This document shows positions 35,592-48,665 of a DNA stretch of 64,000 nucleotides, one piece after another. Under the pieces are notes generated by a model. That model worked only from the letters and a program-made list of their open reading frames with translations, was not told where the DNA came from and ran no database searches. The stretch covers positions 1,674,001 through 1,738,000 of the forward strand of contig OZ218965.1 in the NCBI GenBank assembly GCA_965112735.1, in the 5' to 3' direction. The position numbers and the translations under genes are program-made. The stretch's first letter is position 1, and the number at the start of each line of letters is the position of its first letter. Origin of the DNA: Phaeosaccion multiseriatum. Taxonomy: Eukaryota; Protista; Ochrophyta, other classes.

Positions 35592-36936
35592 ATGTCTGCC
35601 CGCCCCGTCGTCTCGGTCCTTGGAACGGATGGAAGCTCCACCGGCTCCACCACCCTCCCCGCGGTCATGACCGCCCCCATCCGCCCGGACATTGTCAACT
35701 TCGTGCACACCAACATGGCCAAGAACCACAGGCAGTGCTACGCTGTGTCCGTCAAGGCCGGCCACCAGACATCCGCCGAGTCCTGGGGAACAGGCCGAGC
35801 TGTGTCTCGTATTCCCCGTGTCGGGGGAGGAGGTACCCAGCGCTCCGGCCAGGGAGCCTTCGGTAACATGTGCCGCTCCGGACGCATGTTCGCGCCCACC
35901 AAGGTGTGGCGCAAGTGGCACCGCAAGATCAACACCACGCAGAAGAGGTAAGCGAGCAGCCTTATTTTTTGTCTTGTTTGCTGTTCTGCTCTTCTTCTTG
36001 TCCCCCTTCCTTCGTTCCTTCCTTCCTTCGCTTTTCTCTCCCTCCTCTCCCTCTCCTGTCCGTTCACGCCGGACGACCGCTTTCCTCTGTCCGAAGCCCT
36101 CACCCCTCCTCCTGATGTCCACATCCCCCTCTCTCCTCCCTCTTATCGCACACAGGTACGCCATTGCCTCCGCCATCGCGGCCACCGCCGTGCCCGCGCT
36201 GGTGATGGCCCGCGGACACAAGATCGAGCAGGTCTCCGAGGTGCCCCTCGTGGTGGACAATGCCGTCACTGGCACGGCCAAGACCGCTGAGGCCGTCAAG
36301 ATCCTCACCGCCCTCGGAGCCTACGCTGACGTGGAGAAGGCAAAGGACTCCAAGAAGATCCGCGCGGGGAAGGGCAAGGCCCGTAACCGTCGTTTCGTCA
36401 TGCGCAAGGGCCCTCTTGTCATCTACGACGAGGCCGAGAGCATGGACAAGGCCTTCCGCAACCTTCCCGGTGTGGAGCTGGCCTGTGTGGACCGCCTCAA
36501 CCTTCTCCAGCTCGCCCCCGGAGGACACATGGGGCGCTTCTGCGTGTGGACCCAGGCTGCCTTCGACAAGCTGGACGCCATCTACGGCACCTACACCGAG
36601 AAGGGCAGCAAGAAGGGCTACACTCTGCCCCGTCACGTCATGTCCAACGCTGACGTTGCTCGCATCATCAACTCCGATGAGATCCAGTCCGTGGTCAAGG
36701 CCGCACAGCCCGAGAAGCAGAAGCGCGAGTTCCCCCGCAAGAAGAACCCGCTCGTCAACAAGGGTGTCATGCTCCGCCTCAACCCCTACGCCGCTGCCGC
36801 CAAGGCCGCTGCGGAGGAGCAGATGGCAGCCAACAGGAAGGCCCGCCAGGCGGACGTGAAGGCTCGCAGAGCGCGCCGTGCGGACGGAAGGAAGTTCTAC
36901 GAGATTGCCAACAAGGAGGGCGACGTTACTTTCTAA
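35592..36936 (+). CDS. RPL4: 60S ribosomal protein L4 (uL4), 2 exons
   Basis: MSARPVVSV...APIRPDIV...[22 protein letters not shown]...[14 protein letters not shown]; [15 protein letters not shown]. Confidence 0.99.
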
Positions 36937-36957
36937 GCGGTGTGTGTGAAGCGGCGC

Positions 36958-36997
<40 letters not shown>

Positions 36998-37649
36998 TGG
37001 TGGTGGTGGAGGGCAGTGGTGAGGGTGGGGGGTGGGGGTATTGTTATCCTCGTTGGCGACGGGCCCCCGCCTTGCCGGCCTTTCTTACTCTCTCGGGATG
37101 ACTTGCTTGTCGGGCGTTCTTCTGTTGATCTCGCTCTTGTCGTGGTGTAACCACAGGCAGAGTCTTCAAATCAATAGACGGACCCAAGCAGCGGTCCCTT
37201 TCCTCACGAATTTCACGATGCAATGCATCAGCAACACGCAGAGACTAGACGGCCTGTTTCGAAGCGTGATTTTCTCTTTATATCGTATCGCTGATGTACT
37301 CTTTGCTGCTGCTGCTGTTACTACTAATGCTTCCATCAGCAGCAACGGTGCTCTATTGCATCTCCTATCCTCTGTATACACAAGCCGCCCTTCCCAGCCC
37401 TGCCCTTCCTTCCTCACACATGTTCGCCAACTCAAAAGTCCCCTCAAAGCACTCCAGTCCAGTCTAGTCCAGTCCAGTCCAGGGTGGGGTCGAGAAGAAT
37501 CTTCCTCGTGAAAACAGACGTCCACCACGTCCACCCCCCACCTTGGGCAACCGACGCTCGACTCAAATCAACTGTGAGCGCCTTGGTGGAGGGATTTAAA
37601 CTTCTCTTTGTGCGTACCATCCATCTACTGCCATCCATGCCACCGCCAT

Positions 37650-39588
37650 CTACGTCCGCCACATGTCGCTGTCCTCCAGGTCATCCGCCTCCCACCACGT
37701 GCGGCTCTTGTAGCCCTTACGGAAGAAGGACATGGTCTTGGTCTCATCCTGAACCACCTTCTCTCCGTTGATCACCAGCGCGTCGGTTAATTGGTCCTTA
37801 AACTCACCCAAGGGGGGTCTTGTCAGACTCGCTGTGATTCTCTTGTACCTCTCCCCGACATCCAGCATGGTCTGGTACCCTCCGGGAAAGACGCGGAAAA
37901 GGGCCCCCTGGTAGTTGACCAGGAAGGGCGCTCGGTTGATGGAGCGCGAGTACGTTCGCGTTCGCAGCAGATACGCCGGCTTGATTTTGCTCATGAAGCG
38001 GAAGTGGAGGTCCTTCCTTGGGAAGCCTGGGAGGCCCAAGTCTCCTCGCATGGTTTCCAGCCCCAGATTGAAAAACACAATGGGCTTGTCTGGCTCCAGC
38101 TGGTGCAGGGTCTCCAAGTCGGGCATCTCTTGACATGAGTACACAATCGCAACGTACAGATCGGTGTCTGGTACAACCTTAAGGTTGCCCTTGCCCCCGA
38201 ACCGGCTGCCAAACAACCCCGTCACCAGCGAGTCGATCGAGTCGGCCGTTCTGGCGCCGGACTCCCTCAGAGTGGCCAACTTCACGCCGGGGAAGGGCTC
38301 ATTTGTCTTCTCAATCTCGGTGGCAATGTCGAGCTCTGTCTCATCGGGCAAGATGATGGACACCTTCATCTTCTCATCGTATGAGAACTTCTTGGCAAAG
38401 TCTATGGCGAGACGCGTGTTAGCCTTTGAAATGTCGTAAGCAGAGCTCCCTGTGTCGTCCAGGAAATCCTGAGACACGGGAGGGAACTCCACCTGAGAGG
38501 GAAGTAAAGGCAAGTAGGGTAGGCAGGGGGCAAGGTGCAGGCGGGGGAGAGGGGTGAGAAAAGAGGGAGAGGGGCTTGAGGGAGGGGTGAGAGGGGGGCG
38601 TGAGAAAGAGACTGGTCTTGCTCACTGACCTCTACCAGCTTGAACCCCTCCTCGAACGCCCGCTTGCTCGCAATCTGAGCCTGGGTGATGCACTGAACAA
38701 AGGTAGACGGGGGTGGCTCCAGGGGGAAATCGTCCACGGTTGGGGTCTGCCGCGGGGCCCAAGAGAGGGCAGAGCAGGGTGGAGCAAGCAGAGCAGCAGG
38801 GAAGCAGGGGGGCAGCCGAGCAGGGGGGAAACACAGAGGAACAAGAGAGTAAATGAAGGAAGGGGCTTGAGCACAAACAAACAAAGAGGTATTCAACCCT
38901 CCCTCACACCCTCTCTGCCTCTGCTGCTGTGCTGCTCTCTCCGTGTCTTGCTCCTCCTGCACGAGTACTCTGCTCTTCTCCGCTCCTCCTCCCCGTGGCT
39001 CGTCGAGGCTGCGCTCTCTTGTGCCCCACGTCTTTAATCAGGTGCCCATTGACCACCACAATAAAGAGAAACCCACTGCTCTTTACCTTCTTCTCGGGGG
39101 CGCTCTCGCTCTCCGTAGACTCCTCAGAGCTCCAAAGGCATACCGACCGTGGGCCCTGTTGGGATCGCGACGTACATTGCACGAAGGAGAAGGGGCCAAG
39201 CGAGTGCGTTGCGTGCATATGGGTTCCTCAATGAGCAGCGGAGAGAACACGGTGCCATACCCACCGAGAAGGACAGGAAGGTGTGGGGTTTGGGTGCAGT
39301 ATCAGCACACCTTTCCCTCCTCCTCCTTTCCTCCTTCATGCTTCTCTTTCTCCCTCTGTGCTCTTCCACTATCCTACGGGTAGAAACGGAACGCTCTTTT
39401 CGCTTCGCCTTCTCCTCCCTGCTCTATCAGTCCCTCCTGCTGTGGCGCACCTTCCCACTCGTTCCAGCCCTCGACGAGCATCGGGGGCCCACTCCTGCGC
39501 CTCCAGTGGCAGGCCTGAAAGCCCCAATGCTGAATCCTTCGGCGGTCAGCGCCAGAGCTAAGACAAGCACAGCCAATCGAAGCTCCAT
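37650..39588 (-). CDS. DUF1995 protein, LPA3-like, plastid-targeted, multi-exon
   Basis: Signal MELRLAVLVLALALTAEG-F; KLVEVEFPP; FNLGLETMRGDLGLPGFPRKDLHFRF; NYQGALFRVFPG; FFRKGYKSRTWWE. Confidence 0.85.
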
Positions 39589-39836
39589 CGCGCTCTTCTT
39601 AGGCTTTGGCCTCTTAAGCACTCTTTTTGCCGGTCCCGCTCGTAGGTGGCGCGAAATGTGAGGGTTCCGCGTTGGCGTAGATGATGCTTCGCCCCCCCCC
39701 AAGGTCACATCAACTGAAAACTGAAACTGAAAAGCCGGCGGGAGAGAGACAAAGGCGGAAAAGAAGAAGAAGAAAAGAGGAAAGGCAGAAGGCAGACGGC
39801 GGGCGGACAGGCGAGAGAGGGGGAGAGGCCGTCGTG

Positions 39837-42800
39837 ATGGGTGTGGGCTTGCCGCCCTACGCGAGGGCTCTGTTGCTCCCCTCGGCTCTGCTTGTCCTCT
39901 CCACAGCGAGTCTTGTGGGCTCGGCCAGTGCTTCGGCCGATGGAGGGAGCGGAAACGGCAGAAGTCGGGGGAGTCTCAATGGCAAGTGTCGGAGTTTGAG
40001 TAGCAAAGACTTACCACCTGGCGTCAAAACTGCAAAAGTGAACAAGGCTGCAGCATCACAGCCACGCCAGCGGCGTCCGCAGCAGAAGCAGCAACAGCAA
40101 AAGCAACTAGCTGCAGCTGTACACAGTAGAGGAGCTCATTCCGGGAGAAAGAGACCCAGAAGCCGCCCTGAAGCTCAGGCTCCAAGAAGCAGGGCTGCGA
40201 GATGCCCACGTGGAGGGGCAGCTCTTTCACCATCGGGAGGGCGAGATGCAGACACAGAGGCTGGGCAGCAAGAGATGGTAGTGGAGGAGAAATGCGACAC
40301 AGTTAGCAGGGACAGATACAGTAAGGGTAGCACCAGTGCGAGGATGGTTGATTGGGTGAGTGGCTGGCTGGGGCCGCAGGGCAGCAGCAGGGACACAGCT
40401 GACGAGAGGGTAAGCAGCAAGAGGGTGGGTGACTGGATAGATGGTTTTGTGGGGGTGTGGAGCGGTAGGGACAGTCAAGACAGCGCGAGCAGCAGTAGCA
40501 GCAGCAGTAGTAGCAGCAGCAGTAGTGGCAGCAGTAGCAACAGCAGTAGTAGTAGTAGTAGCAGCAGCTCCGTGCAAGAGGCAGCAGATGCGGAATCACT
40601 GCCAGCCCCGGACTCAGACTCAGAGAGGGCCGTGGAGAGGTCAGAAGGTCTGCCCCTGGGGGGCGAGCCCGACGGAAGCGGGGGAGTGAGTGAGAGCGGC
40701 AGCGACAGCTTCAGCGGCAGCGTGGAGAGCATCTTTACTTACTGCATGGATACTTGTCCTCCTCGTACTGCTGCTTCTGCTTCTCCTGCCAATGGCGAAG
40801 CTGCGGCGGTTGTGGCGGTGATGGGCAGGCAAGGCAGCGGGAAGAGCACCCTTCTCAACCGTCTCTTCGGCACCAGCTTCCCGGTGGGCAGAGGCTTCAC
40901 CAGAACCACCACAGGGGCTTTCGTGGACGTGAAGCACCCTGCCTTCGAGGGCGAGGGCGCGCCGCAAGGGGATGCTGGATCGCCTCCGCTGGTCATCATC
41001 GACTTAGAGGGGATGCAAGGTGCGAAATTGACGATGGCATCTCGGGGGAATTGATGCACAAAAGTATCCACTGCGCTGCGGCATGCCTCTCACCTCTTCG
41101 TTTGATGCTTGTTCCTCGAGACCATGGTTTTGCTTGTGGGGGTGAGGGAGGGGACAGAAGGGCTGACAGGGAAGCCGGGTGGGGTCGCGCCCTCCGTAGT
41201 CCTTTCCCTCTCGCTGTAGAGGCTCCAATTTTCCTGACACGATCCGCTTCTTGCCTCGCTCGTCTGTCCTTCGCTCCTCACCGATCATCTTGTCAGGCTC
41301 TGCTGACGAAACGGTTGGGGAGGTGGAGCGATTCGCCTTTAGAACGTCCCTCTTCGCGCTGAGGGCCGCGAATGTGGTGTTGCTCAACGTGTGGGCCCAC
41401 GACGTCAGGACAAGCAGCAGCAGCAGTAGCGAGAGGAGTGTGGATGACGGAGGAACCGGGGGAGGGGAAGAAGGAGACTACGACCAAGTCCTTCGGGAGG
41501 CACTGCAAGGCCTCGTGCTGGACCTGGCGGGATGCAAAGGGGAGGAGGAAGAAGAAGCCTCCCTATCTACCGAAGCAGCAGAGACCACGGCGACAAGTGG
41601 CAGCAGCAGAGGGGGGAAAGGAGGAGGAGGAGGAGGCGGCGGAGAAGGTGTGGAGGGACAGTCCCTTCATCACCACCGCCCCCGCCTGCTCGTGGTGTTC
41701 CGTGACGTCGAAGTCGAGCAGCAGCAGGAGGGGCAAGAAGGCGTGAAGTCGTCGCCCCTGCTGTTACTCCAGCAGAGCTTTGAGACTTGTCTAGAGCGCA
41801 TTTGGGACGGCGTGCACAAGCCACCAAGGTAAGAGAGGCGCCGTGTTAGGACAGGACAACGGATCTGTGTGGCGCTGCTGCTGCTGCTGTCCCACTGCCT
41901 TGTACATGTGCATCATTATTATGTCTTTTTTATTTTCACGTCTTTGCAACCATCCCCCCTTCCTTCTGCTTTTACCTCTGTGCGGCAGCCTCCAAGGCCT
42001 GACCAGAGAAAATGTGCTGAGCGTGGACTACTTTGGCCTACCCAATTTCCTCTTTTGCGCCGACGACTTTCAAGAGGGGGTGCGGCAGCTGCGGCGTAAG
42101 CTCCGTCACTCGCTCCTTCCCGACGGGGCCGAGGGCTCTGACGTCAGTAATGACCCCGAGGGAGAAGAGGCCAGAGTGATTAGCAGCAGACGCGTGTCCC
42201 TTGAGGCCCTGAGGGGCTACTTACAGACCCAATGGGAGGGCACGGCCCTTACCATGGCAGCTGGAGCGCCCGCTGCTGAAGGGTCGGAGCAACGTCTTGT
42301 GGTGATGGGGACGGAGGGGGCCCTTGAAGGCTCTCTCACGGAGGTGAGGGCCACTCCGAATGTCCTCCTTCTTTTCCTTTCTATGCATTCATTCCTACCA
42401 CCGCGGGCGCTCTTGAATGGATGCTACTCCACTCCGCCTTTCACCGGTTTCCATGCTGCTTGCTGCTGCTGCTGCTGCTGCGCCCTTCCCTACGTTGTAT
42501 GGTGCTCCTCCCCCATCCTTGGCTCTCTCTCTCTCAGGAGGGATCCGTACCGCCACAGCTGCCCCTGACCCCGACTGCCATGACCGAGGCGGTGCTGGAG
42601 GAGCTTCACCCCGCAGTGACGGCTTTCCACGAGCAGGTGTGTGCCAACTACGAGGCCACCAACAGCGCCCGCCCCATGCTGAGCTTCGGAGCAGACGCTG
42701 CTTCCCTAGTGGATAGAGCAGTGGCCCTGTTCGCAGAGCGGCGCAAGTGTAGAGAGGGGGGAGCTGGCGAGGCGCTGCAGGACGAGGAAGGAGGGAGAGG

Positions 42801-44097
42801 CACCGGCAGCAACGTCCCCATTGACTACGAACGGTTAATGCTGGACGCATTAGGTGAGATAGCAAGATGACCGAGTCGGGTCTGTCTGGGTAGGGCATGT
42901 GTCAGTGGCTCTGGAAGGAGGAGCGAGACCCTTGACAGAAACAAGGGAGGGAAGGTGGTGCCCTTTCTCGCTCGCCCTTCCGACATGAGTCTTGCCCTAT
43001 ACTAAGGGTTTTTCTTCACATACCTAACCTTGGACACGCGTTTGCGGCCTACTTCGTGTTGTCTCTGAACTACATTCGCATTCCTTTCTTTCCCATCTCG
43101 ATATCCCATCTCGGCATCGAAATCAGGGGCCCAGCTGGAGCCTGCTTTTCGCGTCCACATGAGCGGGTTGAAGCGCTACTTCAAAAGTCGATTCGAAGAT
43201 AAACTGTCGGATCTGGAGACTTTCGATCCCGATTTCCTGGGGCAGGCGGACGGGTGAGTGTGGTGGATGAAGTGAGCAAGTGAGCGAGCGAGAATGGTCG
43301 AGTGGGAAAGGAGGGAAGCAACAACAACAACAACACAGAGGCACAACAAATGGCAGACACTCGGGAGGCGTGTATGTAGAGGCATGATGGTGTCCGCCGT
43401 TCCCCCCCGAGAACCAGAAGCACCGTCTGTCGGGTATATACTGAACTGTGACGGTCTCGCGCTCTCATGATCCCTGACCCCTCCCCCCCCGCCCTCCATC
43501 ATCCACCTGCTCACGCGTCAGGCTGTCGCAGGAATTTGAAGAGGGCTTCACCACCGCGGCTCAGCTCTCCATCCCCACTCCTCTCCTCGGGCAGTGGAAG
43601 CTGCTGAGTCGACGCGAGCTTCAGACCTTCAGGACGAGCCTCGAAGCGGTCGTGGAGGCGGCGCTGACGGCGGGGGCGTGGAGCATGTTCCCTCCCAAGG
43701 TATATGGGCCGAGGCTACGGCACTAGCACTCATATTCGCACTCTCCCTCTCTCTCTCCTCTCCTCTGTCTTCCGGAGGTGTATGGGCCAAGGCCACAGCA
43801 CTAACACTCACACTCCCCCCCCCCCCTCTTTTCCTCTTTTGTTAGATGCGCGAGATGGTCAGGAGTGGGGAGGGCATGGAGGCCATCGCAGCGGCGGCAG
43901 CGGCAGCAAGGAAGGAGGCCCAGCCGCCTGAGACACCAGAGCAGAGGAGGGCCCGCAGACGCAAGAAGGTGAAGGTGTTCGTGCTGAGAGGTGTAGTGAT
44001 GTACATCAACTACTTGCAGGCCACGCAGGGGCAGAGAGCAGCCAAGAAGGCCTCGCTGGAGAGAGAGAGAGTCATGCCCAAGTTTCCGCTCTTTTGA
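39837..44097 (+). CDS. Sey1/RHD3 (atlastin-like) GTPase-domain protein with N-terminal signal peptide, multi-exon
   Basis: VVAVMGRQGSGKSTLLNRLFGTSF; TTTG; IIDLEG; SLFALRAANVVLLNVWAHDV; LLVVFRD; LERIWDGVHKP; FGLPN...F..GVRQLR. Confidence 0.82.
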
Positions 44098-44558
44098 TGC
44101 TCACTCGGATCGTCTCTGGTGCGATGGTGTGTCTATCCCTTCCACCCCAAGGAGTCAACGAAGGGTTGAGAAGCGGCTCCCTCGTGTACGGTATATCGAC
44201 AGCTGAACGAATGCGTGTGTAAGGGTGCATGACAAGCTTTCCCTTTGATGGAAACGAATCCTGTGTCTGGAAAGAAAAGAAAAAAAAAGTAGAGGACAGG
44301 TCCGTGCAGATCTCGATTTTTATTTCTGAAACTTCCTACGATAGAGAGGGAGGAAGGAAGGATAATTTAATTGCCAGGAGTATGAAGCATTTCATGTACT
44401 ACAGCTTAGACCCCATCTCAGCGCGGAGGGGAGGGGAAATGTGGAGGCGACGGTGAGCGGAGGACACTTTCGACATTCGTCTTGAATACAGAGCTCGTTT
44501 CTTGCACTTCGCCATCCCATGGTGAATACCGCAGTGAGGTGGGGCGACCTTTAGAAGA

Positions 44559-45691
44559 ATGGCTACGGCGGCAGCCGTGGTCGCACCAAATTCCCCTGCT
44601 CGTGCTGCTGTTCCTCCTGAGGACGGCAGGTTAGAGCAGCCGCTTGGTGAGAGCAAAGATGTTATCGAGAAAGCCCAAGTTGCCGGGGCGGGTACTGCCT
44701 TGGCCCCAGACGGTGGTACGGTGGGGAGTGCCAATTGGACTGGGGAAGGCCTGTCTGACCCTTTGATGGAAACGAAAGAGTCCACTGCTGCAGTCAGGGA
44801 CGGAGACGCCCCGAACGTAAGAGGCAGCAGACAGCCGGACACTGCAGCGTCAGAGGGGGTGGAAAAAATGGGTGGGGAAACAGCAGAAGCAGCAGCGGCA
44901 GCGCTAGCAGCTGGAGGGGCCCAGGCGGACCCCCAGCCGGAGAACATCGTCCTGAGCGGGAAAGGTGACGAAGGCACGCACAGTGTAGGCAGAATCTATG
45001 AACACCACAAGAGCTTCAAAACCAAGGCGCCAGACCCGCCTCATCCCCCCAAAACCGCCTCAAGTTTCGTGGAAGCGCGTCAGTTTGCGGGCGCCATGCC
45101 CGGCTATGTGTACAAGAAGGGCATCCGCGGCATGGGCTACTACATAGAAGGGTACAGCGCCCGTCTGGACGAAGAATATACGGAGCCGGCCAAGTGGGCA
45201 CATCAGTTCGCCAAGCCATGGAACGCGGGACCGGGCCGCGTGTCTATGAATGCCATATTTGGCCCCCAGAAGCCCACCAAGGTGCGCAGCGTCTCGTTGG
45301 CATCGAAGGACGGGGTAACAGCGGCGGGCGTTAACGCGTACCTGAGTCGCATGGTGGCACAGAAGAACGCACGCGCCTTCACGGGCTCGCTGCTGGGGAG
45401 GGAGAACACGCTGGACACGGACGTGCTGCAGGCGCTCGAACACGTAAAGGTGAGAGAGTGGGAGAGCGGGGACGCGGGGAAGGGGGAAGGGGAGGCGAAG
45501 GAGGGGGAGGGGGAGGGAGGACAGAGGCGTGAGGGGAAGGAGGCGTGAATTGCAGCTGTTCAGCGCAACACACTTTTCAGCTTGCTTTACGTCGACGAGC
45601 ATTGCCGCTGCCTACCGGGCTCTCTAATGTTCGTTTCTTGACCCACGCTCTTGTTCTGCCCTTTGTCTCTGTGCTATGCCTCTCCCTCTCC

Positions 45692-45727
<36 letters not shown>

Positions 45728-46323
45728 CCTTGTCTCTCTGCCGCTGCCCCTCCAGAACTTGGACTACTTCAGGGTGAAGAACGATTACGATATCCACGGG
45801 ATTCTGTTGGGCAAAGATAGCAAGCCCATAGAGAGGGTGCGTGAGTGCGTGCGTGCGTACACGAGCAAAACTGTCTGTGGGCCACGAGATAGTGTGAGGA
45901 GGGGGGGGGTGTGGGGTGCTGGATGGGGGAGGGGGAGGGGGAGGTACGGACTGTTGAGAGTTTGTGATGGCACAGTGTCGCCCCCCTCCGGCACGACTGG
46001 CCCATCGACAGCGCTGAATGACAGGCCGACATATTCTCTGCTCCCTCCCTCCCTCCCCTTCTTCACTCACTCCCTCACTCCCTCCCCGTGTTCTCTTCGT
46101 GCGTGGTGGTCGATTCCATACGCCTACCAACAACAGAAAGTAAGGGAGCGAACCGAAGAGGAGCTGGCCAAGATTGAGTGGTACCGCAAAGTGTTTGAGG
46201 CCAGATTGGGCAGCAAACTGCCCCCCAAGCGGCTCGGAGACAGCATTGAGGCCCGCCGAGAGGCACTGGCCTGTAGCAGGTAAGATGGAGAGGACATGTG
46301 GGCGGCACACGCGCAGTCGACAG

Positions 46324-46386
<63 letters not shown>

Positions 46387-46407
46387 AGAGAGAGAGAGAG
46401 AGAGAGG

Positions 46408-46459
<52 letters not shown>

Positions 46460-46726
46460 CTGAAGGGATTCTGAAGACACCCCGTACATACATCCAACAA
46501 CCCTTGTCCCCTGACGCACGACATACTCCCATGACGCACGGCACTTGACGTGACACAGGCAGTTTCAGGAAGAGCTGGATACCCGTCAGAGGCAACTCGA
46601 CAAGCACCTTCGAACGGCCCTCAAAGGGTGCACCAACACAGCGATTGTGTCCTCGCACAGAGTGGGAGGGCGTGACCTTGACGGACTCGTCATTCAGAAG
46701 AAGGGGGAGGTGAGTGGAAAATGAAA

Positions 46727-46757
<31 letters not shown>

Positions 46758-48567
46758 AAGACAGAGAGAGAGACAGACAGAGAAAGAAAGAGAGAGAGAG
46801 AGAGAGTCGGCGAGAGAGAGAGAGACAGAGAAAGAGACGAAAAGGAAGGAGTGGGTGGGGGTGAGTAAGAGGAGAGAGACGGCACTTGATGGCACTTGGA
46901 AATGGGGAGGAAGGGAGACCCTCTTACTCGCTTGTTGTTCGCGCTACTGCCTCAACACGAACTTTCTTCTGCTCCTTCTCCGGCCTCCTAGCTCCTATCC
47001 CTTTTCTCCTGCCACTCTCTCACTGCCCATCCCCTGACCATCCACTGCCATCTCCCCCCCTCCCATACAGAGCCGCGATGGGGTCAAGCGCACCAAGGAG
47101 GAGGAGGAGAGGGCGGCGACGTACGTGTTCAAAGCCACGCAGCGCTTCCGACTCGCACACGAGGACATTGTCCAGGCCATAGACGAAAGAGTTAAGGTAC
47201 GTAACAGTGTGTGACAGTCACACATGAGAGTTACGTGAGACTCACGTAAGAGTACCGACGTCAGTGCCCGGTGTCAGGTTGCACACGCACATGCACACGC
47301 ACGCACACACGCATACACCCATATACACACACGCACACACGCACACACGCACACACGCACACACGAATTGAATCCCCGCTCCATTCTCTGCTTCGCTCCC
47401 GACATCGACACGCACGCACGTACGCACACACGCACGCACGCACACACAGTCCACGGCCAAAATGCTGAAGAAGACAGAGACGTCCGTCATCATCAACATC
47501 CTCGAGGGGGCGGTGGGTGACACCGACGGAGTGTACAGACAGAAGAAGTGAGTCAGTCAGTCAGTCAGTCATTGTAGAGAGGTTAGGAGGGGAGTGCATG
47601 AGGCAGGGACCGTCACGCCTCACATGTTCTCAACGTACGTTGTAAGACTCATGCCTCTCTCTCTCGTCCTTGTCTTCTGAAACGCCATTTGTTCTGTAAC
47701 AGTGCACCGCCTATCGACGAAGAGGCGCTCAAGGCGAAGGCCCAAAAGGGGAGGATCTACAAGGGCGGCCTCAACGTCTCGCCAGAGGTCCTCAGAGACA
47801 CCTTCTCCAGTAAGTCACTCAAATCTTTCGCACGTCAGCCATGGAAGCTGCTTTCTTGGGGATTCATCCTCTTGGTTCCCTCATCTTATCACTTCCATCC
47901 CTCCCTACCTCCCTCCTTCCCTCCCTCCCTACCTCCCTCCCTCCCTCCCTCCCTCTCTCCCTCCCTCCCTCCCTCCCTCCCTCCAATCCCTCCTCCGCAA
48001 ATACAAGCGCAACTCCAAAAGGAGATCCGAAGCCGCGACAAGGTCATCCTAAAAGACGTCATGGCACTTGAGGAGGACGGAATGAACGACTTCATGGCAG
48101 AGGCAGGGGCAAACATCATCCTGCCGGACTCGTGGAGATCCGACCCCGACCATCTAGGTGGGTGAGCTTGGGTATTGGGTGGGTGAGCTTGGGTATTGGG
48201 TGGGTGAGGTTGGGTACGTGGATGGACGAGGTTGGGTATTGGGTGGATGAGGTTGGGTATTAGGTGGGTGAGGTTGGGTATTGGGTGGGTGAGGTTGGGT
48301 ACGTGGATGGACGAGGTTGGGCATTGGGTGGGTGAGGTTGGGTACCTGGATGGACGAGGTTGGGTGGGTGAGTTTGGGTATTGGGTAGGTGAGGTTGGGT
48401 ACTGGGTGGGTGAAGTTGGGTATTGGGTGGGTGAGGTTGGGTACACCTGGATGGATGAGGTTGGATATTGGGTGGATGAGGCTTGGTATTGGGTGGGTGG
48501 GGTTGGGTTGGGAACCGCTCCCAAAGACGAACCGACACGCATGTGTGAAAGAGGACGCCAAACATAC

Positions 48568-48665
<98 letters not shown>

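Noticed and set aside
35508-36859. Antisense and alternative-frame ORFs over RPL4
   Set aside because: Shadow ORFs caused by GC-biased codon usage.
43698-43815. Duplicated ~40-bp motif in the last Sey1-like intron
   Set aside because: Simple local duplication of the donor-proximal sequence with no further structure.
48158-48510. Interstitial telomeric repeat
   Set aside because: The unit is about 21 bp and degenerate, not TTAGGG or TTTAGGG.
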